Of a stretch of 64,000 nt of DNA, positions 28,380 to 40,668 are shown piece after piece; position 1 is the stretch's first letter; the number at the start of each line of letters is the position of its first letter. Source of the stretch: Octopus vulgaris (Eukaryota); assembly GCA_951406725.2 (NCBI GenBank), contig OX597814.1, forward strand, positions 105,772,001 to 105,836,000, written 5' to 3'. Below the pieces are notes generated by a model. It had not been told where the DNA came from and did no database searches. It saw only the letters and a list, made by a program, of their open reading frames with translations. The position numbers and the translations under genes were made by a program.

Positions 28380-28718
28380 TTTGTGTGCACAGTTTGTGAC
28401 AGACTATGCCTTTATTTTGCTGGACTCAAATCTCATTTTCGGACCCATGAAAATCGAACATCCACCGATTATTTTGTCTACATACCTGTGCACACCTGTC
28501 AATGCAATGTATGCCAGAAGTTCTGCAATAAAATGTATGCCTGATGGTTTGCAAATCTAACGAAGGCTTCAAAAGACATTTTAAGATCCACAAAGATCAG
28601 AACCTATTTGCAGGTATTGGTGGTCCAAATCAGAGGTGCAATCTATGTGGGTATCTTTTCAGAACATTTTTCTGGTTTAGAAAGCCACATCAGACGCTAT
28701 GATGGATCTAAGGTATAA
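28380..28718 (+). pseudogene. Decayed three-C2H2-finger coding relic, probably the C-terminus of an RTE-type LINE ORF
   Basis: FVCTVCDRLCLYFAGLKSHFRTH (28380-28448); CNVC..VCKSNEGFKRHFKIH, broken by a short tandem duplication; CNLCGYLFRTF/SGLESHIRRY with a 1-nt frameshift. No TGEKP linkers. Confidence 0.75.
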
Positions 28719-28805
28719 GAGGGGACCAGACTCTGCATAAGGAATAAACAACCACCATATGATGATGGTGGTCGCTTCAGCTTGGCAGATGATAGCCGTT
28801 CCATC

Positions 28806-28863
<58 letters not shown>

Positions 28864-29454
28864 ACCACCACCACCACCACCACCACCCCAACACACAGCA
28901 CAGTCACTCTATTGATGAGCCCTCAGATGACTTTTAAGACCAGCTGCCGACTGACAGGGTTTGAAACACAAGTGACAGGGATATTATTCAAGTTTCTTCA
29001 ACATCTTTGCCCTTTGGAATGTGATTCTGAAGGAATGTTTTTAGTGTAGTGAACTAGCATATGTCATTAAGTCCATATATTGTCTTACAAGTTTTGTGAC
29101 ACAAGACGTTAGAGGCGATTGGTGTTCAAGACTATTATCCACCTGGGCATTTCGATTTTCATATGACGTCATATGATTAACGTGTCCTGCTTTTCAGAAC
29201 ACGATCACACACACATATATAGTGATGTTGATGCAACCAGGAACAATAGAAATCAAGATATGACTATATGTATATTTATTATTAATATTTAGCAAAAGAG
29301 AGTGACTCAAGGTCCGTGAGTTCCGTGCGCTGGTACTTATCAAACTAGTGTGTGTGTGTGTGTGTGTGAGAAAGAGAGAGAGAGAGAGATTCGATCTCAA
29401 TACGTTTTGCCTGTAACGCAGCAGACCCTACCTGTTCACCACCCTAATAATGAT

Positions 29455-29657
29455 GATGTGTACTATAAGACACAAGGCCTGAAACTTGGGTGGGGAGGAG
29501 ACTAAGTTGCTTTACATCGACACCCAATGTTTAACTGGCCCCTACTTTATCGATCCCAAAGGATGAAAGGCAGAATTTGAACTAAAAACACAAAGACAGA
29601 TAAAATGCTGCGAAACATTTTGTCTGTCGTGCTTACGATTCTGTCAGCTTGTCGCTT
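29455..29657 (-). mobile_element. SINE family A, degenerate monomer
   Basis: tactataagacacaaggcctgaaa...tttatcgatcccaaaggatgaaaggca...ttctgtcagcttgtcgc. Confidence 0.8.
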
Positions 29658-29661
29658 TATA

Positions 29662-29710
<49 letters not shown>

Positions 29711-29712
<2 letters not shown>

Positions 29713-29930
29713 TCCTTTCTACTAGAGGCACAAGGCCTCATATTGCGGGTGGGGGAGGGGGCTAGACGACTACATCGGCCTTAGTGTTTCACTGGTACTT
29801 CATTTATCGACCCCGAAAGGATGACAGGCAAAGTCTATCGCGGCGGAATTTGAACTCAGAACGTAGCGACGAGCGAAATACCGCTAAGCATGTTTCCCGG
29901 TGTGCTATCGACTCCGCCAGCTCGCCGCCT
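29711..29930 (-). mobile_element. SINE family A monomer (tail type 2), about 210 nt upstream of the Prickle exon
   Basis: Reverse complement of the family A head and core; ends gccagctcgccgcc. Confidence 0.92.
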
Positions 29931-30143
29931 TGATAATAGCAATAATAATAATAATAATAATACCAACAACAACAATTTTTCTTTTTTTGTTTATTATTGC
30001 TACATTTTAATTCTATTGTTTTAGGTATTTTTGTAAATTTATTTCATTTCCAAATTTAATCTTTATTTCCTTTTTGAATATAATTGTGTTTTCCATTGTT
30101 TAAAGGCGAAGAAGATTTATTTTATCATTTGCTTGTATTTCAG

Positions 30144-30324
30144 GAAAATCTGCTTACATTGCAAGTGCCCCTACGAAATTCACGATCTGGGAGGTGTTAC
30201 GGAGAAGGAAAAACATCCGGATAAAACTGTTCATAATGTGAAGCGAAATTCAACTTCCGACGATGATAGCGGCTGTCCGCTGGAGGAATTTACATGGGTG
30301 CCGCCAGGACTGAAACCCGAGCAG
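30144..30324 (+). CDS. prickle: Internal coding exon of a Prickle-family (PET + LIM) planar cell polarity gene; end of the N-terminal Cys-rich region and start of the PET domain
   Basis: Translates as (R)[60 protein letters not shown]. KICxHCKCP and SDDDSGCxLEE(Y/F)xWVPPGLxPEQ are Prickle hallmarks. Acceptor is ttgtatttcag|G (phase 2) and donor is CAG|GTTAGT (phase 0). The donor after PEQ matches the intron position I recall for vertebrate PRICKLE genes. Confidence 0.93.
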
Positions 30325-31327
30325 GTTAGTGAGAATCTTGTTCCCTTTCAACTTTCTTATATTTCCGTAAGAGTCTTCCGGATTGTGATTCTAATGTTGT
30401 AACACTCTTATTAACATGATACCTGGTGTCTGGTGAGCGTTCATTCCTTTTGAAACGTATTTTCATAGCAAGCTTCTTCATACGAAGCATTCGTAATCAT
30501 CTCAGCACGATGTATTTTTTAACATAACACTTTCTAACTGTATCAACTCCATTACTTTCCTCGCATTTCACCAACTTTGCCGCAAGAATTTCATACCTTT
30601 CGGTGCATTTAACCGAAATTCTCATTTGTTTTTTTTTTTTACTTTCGTTTCTTTTGTTACGTATCTTTTGTTTTTATATGTTTTGTGAGTTGTGTTCTAA
30701 AATCGTGGTAGAGACGTCGAGGATTTATTTTAATATCGCAATAAAAGAATTATAGCGTCTTTAATCACACGTCTCCAGCGGACCAATCACTGCCTCTACA
30801 TGATTTTTCATAGCAACAATGAGAAGAGAGTGTTTGTAATTCGGTACAGAACAAATATTGGAAAGGCCATCTTCGCAAGAGCGTAACAAAGGACTTTACT
30901 GATTTTACTAACACCCTTAACTCACATATGATACCATCGGCTTGATGGCTTCGTCGACATTGAATAAACACCCTTAATTCACATGGTGATACCATCGACA
31001 GGAGAGTTTCTTCGAGTGAGTGGAATAATCACTATTAACTTACGTGTTTACGTCCCGAGGAGGACATGGACAACTATGTCGACCGTATTCAATAGCTTAT
31101 TGTTCATTTCTGCTTTCTTCTCACACTAAATAGCTACATGTTTAAATTATGCCATGAAAGTTTATTCCCGTTTTTTTCATTTTTAGTTTTTGTTAAAAAT
31201 AGTGAGGGAGAACCTTAGCGGTCACAAATTTTAGCTATTTATTTAAAAACCGTGAACAGACTTCAGTTTTAAACAACGAAGTTGTTGACACTGGAAAAAT
31301 TATTCCAACAATATCATTTTGTATCAA

Positions 31328-31721
31328 GGCGGCGAGGTGACAGAAACGTTAGCACGCCGGGTGAAATGCGTAGCCGTATTTCGTCTGCCGTTACGTTCTG
31401 AGTTCAAATTCCGCCGAGGTCCACTTTACCTTTCATCCTTTTGGGGTCGATAAATTAAGTACCAATTACGCACTGGGGTCGATATAGTCGACTTAATCCG
31501 TTTGTCGGTCCTTGATTGTCCTCTCTGTGTTTAGCCCCTTGTGTGTAGTAAAGAAATAGGTATTTCGTCTGCCGTTACGTTCTGAGTTCAAATTCCGCCG
31601 ACGTCGACTTTGTCTTTCATCCTTTCGGGGTCGATAAATTAAGTACAAGTTGCGTAGTGGGGTCAATCTAATCGACTGCCTCCCCCTCTCCCAAAATTTC
31701 GGACCTTGTGCCTAGAGTAGA
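31328..31721 (+). mobile_element. SINE family A dimer (tail type 1 + tail type 2) with target-site duplication
   Basis: The second unit starts at 31559. TATCATTTTGTAT flanks both sides (31312-31324 and 31729-31741). Confidence 0.92.
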
Positions 31722-32011
31722 CAAAAATTATCATTTTGTATAAAAACTGAGTGAAATGAAATGAAAATTTTATCTCAGTGAAACAGAGTTTAGTATAATC
31801 TATTCTAAAGGACGCTGAAAAATCGCCATGATCTGTACTCTCACCCCAGTGATTTCGTCCGTCTCCGTAAGGGACATAATTTATCTCTTGCTGTCTCTGT
31901 TTGAAGAATTCTAAGCTTGTTGCTGTTGATGGTGCTATGTAACTTTGGTCATTCTTCATCAAACGGACTTCGGCATGAGAAAATAAATAAGGTTATGTGT
32001 GGTCAATCAAC

Positions 32012-32170
32012 AAAGACTTGCTAGAAAAGCACACACATAATCCCTCCAGATTACACCCTATTGGTTTCAAAACAAGAAAGGCACATTTAGACAATATAGT
32101 CCAAGATATATTATGCTATTAATGGTCATACCTCTGACTAGGAGTCTACTTGGAAGATGTGGTTAAACAA
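32012..32170. repeat. Old unclassified interspersed repeat; probable relatives near 694-810, 6845-7003, 14890-14950, 37240-37320, 46200-46310 and 56685-56745
   Basis: Recurring degenerate motifs (ctagaaa(t)agca...aaatc; acattag/ggataatgt; g..taaacaa) in both orientations, aligned by eye only. Confidence 0.4.
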
Positions 32171-32457
32171 TGGCAACGGCGTTGATTTGACAAGATATGA
32201 AGCAATGGCGAGTAAAATGAATTGAAGTGATCGTGAATATTCATTGAAGTCGTCCGTTCAATACAGATTAATAAACTATATCTAATCAATGTCAGTTTGT
32301 CATTTGTGTCATTGATCTTGACATTTTAAACACCTGCAACGAAATACACAAACTTCTTGCAATTACAGGGAAACCATAATTTCACTCAATTCTATTTCAA
32401 AACCAACCATCAATTTACATTCTTCACCTTACCATCAAACATTGTCAATACAAAACA

Positions 32458-32519
<62 letters not shown>

Positions 32520-32977
32520 AGATGCACCACTTTGCCTAAAGGCAGAAGAACCTTTTTTTTAATGAGTGGTACGAAATCTACGTGAATCCTTGACATTAGA
32601 TGATGTACGACAAACGATGTGTGTGTGTGGCGTTATGAATTCATCTCTATTGTTCTTCATCAGCATTCTCTCCTTTTCTCATCCATCAATCTCTCTCTGA
32701 CAGCTCCTTCAACTCAAAATCTTGCCATCGTTGGTTCTATCATTTTTCTTCTGAAATTCCGTTGCAACACAACCAATCGCAACCAATTATCTTAACTCCT
32801 ACTTCTCGATTGACCTCAGATATTCCCACCTATCCTATCCCCCATTCTTCCCATCTTTCTCTCACACATTTTAAAAATCACCTCCAGTTTCGATTTATCT
32901 TTGGAACCTAGCGTTCGTTCCATTTCAACACCATACATATCAACACACACACATACATACATACATACATACATACA

Positions 32978-33079
<102 letters not shown>

Positions 33080-33106
33080 TATATTTATATACATATATAT
33101 ATATAC

Positions 33107-33190
<84 letters not shown>

Positions 33191-33579
33191 ATGTATGCAT
33201 GAATGCGTTTCTAACTTTTGTCTTGTATATACGGTTGTGTTCTTGGAATATATATGATATTAGCAATGCCATCTTGATTTTCAGTCGTAGATCCGTACAA
33301 GTCTATAAGGTTATATAGAACTATACAAGTCTAGTTTTACCTTGGGCCTTCAACACGTTATCAGGGGCGTACGGTTTTAGTCCTGACATGTCTTTAGTGT
33401 GTCTTGGCAGAACATCCCACCCCTAAGGCTCTCAACTTATTGATGAAATCGAAAGCATATAGCCCTAAGATACGCCATGATTTCGGCTGTTTTAAACCTG
33501 GCGGAGACCATCCCTCGTCACGTTCGATGAGAGCCAATTGCATCCACAAGAATGGCATACAGGAGAGACAACCTTACAA

Positions 33580-33718
33580 CAGAACTGGTATCTTATTGTC
33601 GACCCCGAAAGTGTGAAAGGCGAAGATCTCCTCAGCCGGAATTGAACATAGATTGCAGGCGACAAAATGATTACCTACGTGTCATCGGATGCTCTAACGA
33701 TTATGCAAATTTGCCACG
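33580..33718 (-). mobile_element. SINE family A-related old copy
   Basis: aactggtatcttattgtcgaccccgaaagtgtgaaaggc...gctctaacgatt. Confidence 0.6.
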
Positions 33719-33756
33719 TTTCTTTCTCGAGAGTTATACAAAAACATGCGTCTATA

Positions 33757-34128
33757 TCTCTCTATATATAAAGCTGAAGTTGTCTGTGTATGACAGGTTT
33801 GGTAGCCTTTAACTAACACTATCTCCTCCAAGACCCTGCGGCGCACGTTGACCAAAATTCTTGCTCTTCCTTCCATAGAAGAAAAAATTCAAATCGGACC
33901 ATGTTAACACCAAAAATTATTTATATCAAAAAGGTGCTTTTCTTCTATGAAAATCCCTATTTTTTACGATTTTTTTACTGCTGTGTCGCCATTTTGCGGT
34001 GTATTGCAACCAGGAAGATGTTCACTTAAAGAGAATAACAAGCTGCATAATGCAAAATTTTTACTTTTCAAAAATTCCAATTCTAAAGGGTCGAAACAAA
34101 CCCGAGCAACGCCGGGCGATACTGCTAG
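33757..34128 (+). mobile_element. Non-autonomous Helitron (372 bp)
   Basis: Starts A|TCTCTCTATATATAAAG and ends with GC-rich hairpin CCCGAGCAACGCCGGG, a short spacer, then CTAG|T. It sits between A and T with no TSD, which are canonical Helitron termini. Confidence 0.85.
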
Positions 34129-34591
34129 TAACTATATACAATTGAACATTCCTGTAGGGTTATATCTAACTATATACATGAATATGCTATGATATTTAAC
34201 TGCTCATACTTATATAGTTATATACACCCAGACATACCTACGCAAGTTACGTACAACTATAAATTTACAGAATTTAAGTAGACAGGGACGAAATCAGACT
34301 TCAGTTCCGTAATTGATGGAGATTGAACTCACACACGAGCAATTCGTATTCAATGTTATTGCTATTATGAAATCAAAGCGAAACAAAAGATCAAATCATG
34401 AGATATTGGTAGTGCCTACACCCATCCCCCTCTCCACCCCACCCCCGTGTGCCACCCCACCACACCCACACCCAACATTTCGGTTATTAGAATCGTGTTT
34501 CCTTATAAGCAATAAACATTCGCCTCCCCCATCCACCTCACTGTCTCCCTACCTCCCACTCTCTGTCTCTCTCACTCGCTCCTACCCACCC

Positions 34592-34643
<52 letters not shown>

Positions 34644-34958
34644 TTTTCACCCTATTCTCTTATTTCCCTATCTGCCGAGTGCGGTGGGGTGCGGGAGGAG
34701 GTAGTAATATAAAAATATGAAAACAAGTTTATACACATTACTCACACACACACACACACACAACAAACGTTGGACATTAAACTCTTATATACAATAGATA
34801 CACACGCACACACAAACACCCATGTGTCTGCGTGCGTGTGTCTGCGCGTGTGTGTGTGTGTAACGATACAATGAGATATTGGTTCAAAGAGTGAAATAAT
34901 TTTAATTTGTCCTACTGTGGTAAGCTAACAGCACATCAATAACATTTTCTTTCTCCAT

Positions 34959-35009
<51 letters not shown>

Positions 35010-35094
35010 TATATTGATATATATGCCTATGTAGTATATGTTAAACAACTACAGTTTATACGTGTACACATGCACAGACACATCTAAACACACA

Positions 35095-35288
35095 CATATA
35101 TATACATTCATATACTCATACACACGTATATATAAGATATTTGTGTATATGTATGATATATATAAAATAACAATAGTGTACACACACACACACACATATA
35201 TATATATACATTCATATATTCATACACACGCATATATAAGATATTTGTGTATATGTATGATATATATAAAATAACAATAGTGTACATA
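35095..35288. repeat. Tandem duplication with a period of about 103 bp
   Basis: atatataagatatttgtgtatatgtatgatatatataaaataacaatagtgtaca occurs twice. Confidence 0.85.
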
Positions 35289-35314
35289 CATACATACATA
35301 CATACATACATACA

Positions 35315-35394
<80 letters not shown>

Positions 35395-35894
35395 CTTAAC
35401 TCGCCACTAGTGGGCGCCACACAAGCAGTACTCACGGAAACTCTCAATATTTAGTAATACTCTTCCCTTCTCTTTCTCTCTCTCTCTCTCTCTCTCTATT
35501 ACACAAGATGTAAACAATCACTCCGTTAATAACTTGTGTTTTCAATAATGGAATTTTTATTTGTGAAAATTTAATTTCATCTCCCTCTTTGAAGTGAACA
35601 CTTGTCAAAATCTACACATCGAGCAATGGAGATGTCTATCTATCGATTTACACACTCACGCAAGCACACACGCACACACACACACACACACACATATTTA
35701 TATATACACACGCACACACGTGGGTACATATATTTACATGTACACTTTAGATTTATATTTGTATAAATATAACATTACATACACCAATATATACTGATAC
35801 AGTATGTGATTGTGTGTTTGTGTGTGATATTAACATACACGAGACAAAAGAACAAAATGGTGTATATTCGCTTAATCTACTGATATACTGTATT

Positions 35895-35943
<49 letters not shown>

Positions 35944-36071
35944 AATAATAACAATTTAACAAATTAAACATATGCATACATACATATATGTACATACGTA
36001 CATCTATATGTATATATACACATATATATATATATATATATATGAGTACAGGACACCACAAATAAACGTAG

Positions 36072-36128
<57 letters not shown>

Positions 36129-36142
36129 AATATTGTATATCA

Positions 36143-36186
<44 letters not shown>

Positions 36187-36200
36187 AATATTGTATATCA

Positions 36201-36238
<38 letters not shown>

Positions 36239-36267
36239 CGAATACTGTATATCAGCATATATATATA

Positions 36268-36498
36268 TATTTCTTTACTACCCACAAGGGGCTAAACATT
36301 GAGGGGACAAACAAAGACAAACAAACGGATTAAGTCGATTACATCGACCCCAGTGCGTAACTGGTACTTATTTAATCGACCCCGAAAGGATGAAAGGCAA
36401 AGTCGACCTCGGCGGAATTTGAACTCGGAACGTAGCGGCAGACGAAATACCGCTAAGCATTTCGCCCGGCGTGCTAACGTTTCTGCCAGCTCGCCACC
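36268..36498 (-). mobile_element. SINE family A monomer (tail type 1)
   Basis: Close reverse complement of 25943-26173. Confidence 0.92.
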
Positions 36499-36689
36499 GT
36501 CGCCGATTATGATATTTCTCCACCAATCACCTCACTATATATGTATACACACACACACACACACACACTTGTAGCATCATCTGCGTGAATTAAATGCTAC
36601 CGTTTTCCGTAAACAGCCGTGTTAATCACTATACGAATACGACATCACATCTTTGACCGTCCAGATAATGTACATGTGGAAGACGTATT

Positions 36690-36737
<48 letters not shown>

Positions 36738-37729
36738 AATTAAGGCGATTCTCTTTCGCTTTCTACGATATCTGATTAACTGAACGGTTTTCGTATTGGA
36801 TTATAAATGAGTGAAATATTCGTCAGACACTTGTTCTAGCAATGTTCTCCTGTGACAATTTACATAGCTATTTGTGTGTGACAAGGCTGACTCCTCTCTC
36901 ACCACCTGATTTATAGGTTCGTTTATATTACCGTGTGGGTGGCTGAATATACTGCAGTCACATTTACTTCTATTGTAAGTAAAGATATTGTTCAAACGAC
37001 CGTTTGAGACAAATATTTAAGTAGTTTCCGGCAGAATTTCAGTCTTCCCTTAGCGCCGTTCTGTCACTGGTTCTATTGGAACCCCTCTAATCTCCACCCC
37101 GATTATACCCCTATAATCTACGTGGTCAAATCTATACTAAAACTTGTCTGCCCCTTGTTTTTATAACTGTTACAACAGTGGAATTAGTGTTCGGATAATA
37201 TGATCACAAAGTGAAGAGTCGCTTACGTAGTCACTGCCCCTGCAAAGATATAACAGCTAAATATCCATCATACTAGGTTGTACTGTTTTAAAATTTGAAG
37301 GTCAATTTGGATAATGTCACAGTAAGTATTACATTAAACCTGAAAGACTGTTGAGAGAAAAAAAAAAGATGCGATTATAATAAGCGGATTCGAACGTCGT
37401 TGAACATAAGTGTGCCTGATCGAGACTGAGCGAGAGTTAAAGAACAACATTGCTATAATGGCATCAGTTCTTGGTGCAGACTTGAAAATAGAATTGGTTA
37501 TTGATGTAACAACGGAAAAGATTAGGAAGGAGAGTAAGAAATATTCTACCACAACAGACTTTAAACGGTGCTGATTCCAGTGTTTCTTTGGTGGAATTAA
37601 CCAGATTTAAATCTTGTCTTTGATGTGTTTTGTGTGAAATGTTTGAACGTTTCACAAGATATTTCAAGATAAACTACTTAAAGAAAACACCTTTTACAAT
37701 TGTCACATTGAGCAAATAATATTTCATAC

Positions 37730-37770
<41 letters not shown>

Positions 37771-38095
37771 AGATACACACACACTTAATGTGTATACATA
37801 CACACATGCAATTTATAAGACGCATTCACACACATACATTATATATATATACACACACACACACGCACATGGCACACGCATATAAATGTGTGTGTGTGTG
37901 TGTGGTCTCGATTCCTGAATCTGGCGGTGCGTTGTTTTTGAGCGAAACACTTCCTTTCATCTTGGCCCAGTGCACCTAACCGTAAATGAGTTCTAGTAAT
38001 AATTGGCAAATTAATCCCGCCACGGGCCAGTGTCCTCTCCTGTTCTCAGTCATATCTATGTCATGGGAGCCGCTTTAAGCGTTTTCCTTTCTCTC

Positions 38096-38173
<78 letters not shown>

Positions 38174-38441
38174 GTTGTCAGTTTACTTGCCCGCGATGTT
38201 GTTTAGACTGAATTACTTTGAAGTTTGTTACAGAAATCGTGGTGTGCAATTTTTATACTTTCTCACCATCGTTGGACGCTTGCTCGCCCCTCTTTATCTG
38301 CTTCCAATCAAAATAGTTCACCGAGTTAAAATATTCCGGCCTTCTTTTTTCTCCATGGTCACTACTTAGACTAATGCTTCCATATGCAGTATATTATAGG
38401 CAGGCTAAGACATTATTATTATTATTATTATCATTATTATT

Positions 38442-38911
38442 GAGTGAGAGAGCAGTGCATGCCATCAAAGTGACACTGGGTAAACTATATGAAGCCCAGT
38501 ATACCCATCATGACTACTCGTCTGATAAGAGTACACTAGGCACATGACCTTGCAGGTGGGGCCCAGTTAGAATTTTCTTCTGGTCGAGTAACCCATCCCG
38601 CTCAAAAGGTCTCTGAATGAGGGTTGTTTAAGGATGTTGAACGAAACACCCATGTTTCCAGAGATGAATTATTCAAACCCCAAATAATTCCTCTCAACAC
38701 ATGGCTATGATACTCTCCCAGTACTTCTGCTCGTGATCAGAGATGCACATCTGGTTAAGGTCAAACAATTGACAAGCAAATCTGTGGTATTGGGCAGAAT
38801 ATTTGCTGTAGCCCATCTTTTATACCAAAACAAAACAATGTACATGATAATATTTCCTATCAGTTAAGATTAGAAGCCACGAGAGCCACTGCCTGGTACT
38901 GCATTAGGGCA

Positions 38912-38912
<1 letters not shown>
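38442..38912. mobile_element. (ATT)n-embedded element, copy 2 (two internal deletions)
   Basis: Colinear with 24730-25285; (ATT)n on both sides. Confidence 0.88.
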
Positions 38913-38980
<68 letters not shown>

Positions 38981-39257
38981 CTGTGCCTTGAAGCCCTCAA
39001 CTTTTTCAATGTCATTGGAACATTTTCAAATTTTCAACCTTTTCAATTCTTATCTGATTTTAATCATTAAACACAACTTAATATACAATCTTTCATAGTT
39101 TTCTTTCTTGTATTCTTCAAATTACCTTATATCTCTATTTTTTGCTCTTTTTCATTCTGTATGCGAGAGAGAGAAAGAGAGAGAAATAGGATGAGGAGGA
39201 GTAATTCAAAGAATGACTTTTAGTATTATTTTTACATATTTTGCTGGCGCGTGTGTA

Positions 39258-39374
<117 letters not shown>

Positions 39375-39402
39375 GCAGGCAAGCAGGCAGGCAGAGAGTA
39401 AG

Positions 39403-39710
39403 TGCAATGTGACTGAATGGTTAAGATGCTCACTTCGCAACTGTAAGGTTCCGCTTTTGATGTCGCTGTGTGCCATCCTGGTCAAATGTTACTTTCTATA
39501 GCCTTGGGTCGACTCATATTTTGTCAGCGACACCCGATAAATAGAAACTGTATCAAAACCCGTGAAATGGATTGTACTTGCAATTCAGAAGGTACACCCT
39601 TGCCATGGACAGTGTGTCACACAGATTCTGCCAGTGAAATACCTAATGGGTTCATGTGTCTGCCCGATTCTCTTAGATCGAGTTAACTTAGATGTTAGCT
39701 CAATCAACAG
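39403..39710 (+). mobile_element. Old tRNA/CORE-like SINE
   Basis: tgactgaatggttaag head, ctatagccttgggtcgac (like family B) and a 3' part ggattgtacttgcaattcagaagg resembling the 62815-63130 element. Confidence 0.55.
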
Positions 39711-40392
39711 AAAAATTTACTTTGGAAATACTTGCAAGAATTTATTGATTTGAAAAGCAGAAACAATAAACAATCGCGGGCGGGGAGTTGGCAAGAATCG
39801 ATGTGGCGACGAAAACGAGAATATATTTTACGGCAAGTCTATCACATCCATCGTGATGCTCAACAGACACTTATTTTATCGATCTCAAATCTTGCCTAAA
39901 ATAACAAATCTCTGTTCTGGTAAATAAAATTCATGACGCCAAACAAAACCAAACAGTTTACTGAACACGTTTTAGGTTCAAGCCGGATACAGCGTAGCTT
40001 ATGCAATCGCGTTTCACATATTTTGGTATTTTAGGTAAGATTTAGGGTCGATAAATAAAGTACAAACTGAGCACTGGTAACGATCGACTTGCCCCTTTGA
40101 AACCGATAATGGAGGGATGATTCCAATCATAAGAATTGGAACGGTACATTCGAAATGGAATTGTCACACCCGAAACTATCAGAGAGCAGATGTTGATCAA
40201 CTGGATGCTTATTTTGTATTTTATGCTGTGAAGCTAATCGGTACAGAACAATGTGAAATGTGAAATATAGTTGATTAAATATTGGTACCTATCTTAGCTA
40301 AGTCAGGAAAATAGAAGACAAAGTTGACTATTGTAGAATATTAATAATATTGAGTTCGTTAGATAAGACGCTGTCGTTAAAAGCTAAAACAA

Positions 40393-40668
40393 GGTATTTT
40401 GCATGAAATGAAGGTAAATCTCGAACGCAGAATAGCTATGGAAACAGCTTAGCAGATCGGGTAGATACCCTTAGAAGACTGGGGAAAAAAGTGGCCAATT
40501 AGCCGCTACCGACTCTCGAACCTTGTACTTCAGCTGGAATTTCAGAGGTACAGCTTTTGATTCTCTGGCCACTTTACCTCCGTCTTCTTAGGGTATCTAC
40601 CCGATCTTCCAAGCTCTTTTCACTGCTACTCTGCGTTTGAGCTTTCCTTCAATTTTCTGTCGAATACC
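40393..40668. repeat. Long imperfect inverted repeat (arms about 105 bp, spacer about 68 bp); MITE/foldback-like
   Basis: Left agatcgggtagatacccttagaagac...aaagtggcca pairs with right tggccacttt...gtcttcttagggtatctacccgatct. Pairing continues out to ggtatt/aatacc. Confidence 0.9.

Noticed and set aside
28919-28980. Hammerhead-ribozyme-like arrangement (ccct-cagatga...gaaac...gtgacaggg)
   Set aside because: The core deviates from CUGAnGA, stem II is poor and the cleavage triplet would be GUG.
30325-30402. Extension of the ORF-track 30133-30402 ORF beyond PEQ, and its TTG start
   Set aside because: Read-through into intron on both sides; Prickle similarity is bounded by the AG and GT splice sites.
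30910-30997. Two direct repeats of about 30 bp (aacacccttaa.tcacat..tgataccatcg) with a 27-bp spacer, superficially CRISPR-like
   Set aside because: Only two imperfect units, eukaryotic context and no cas genes; a local tandem duplication.
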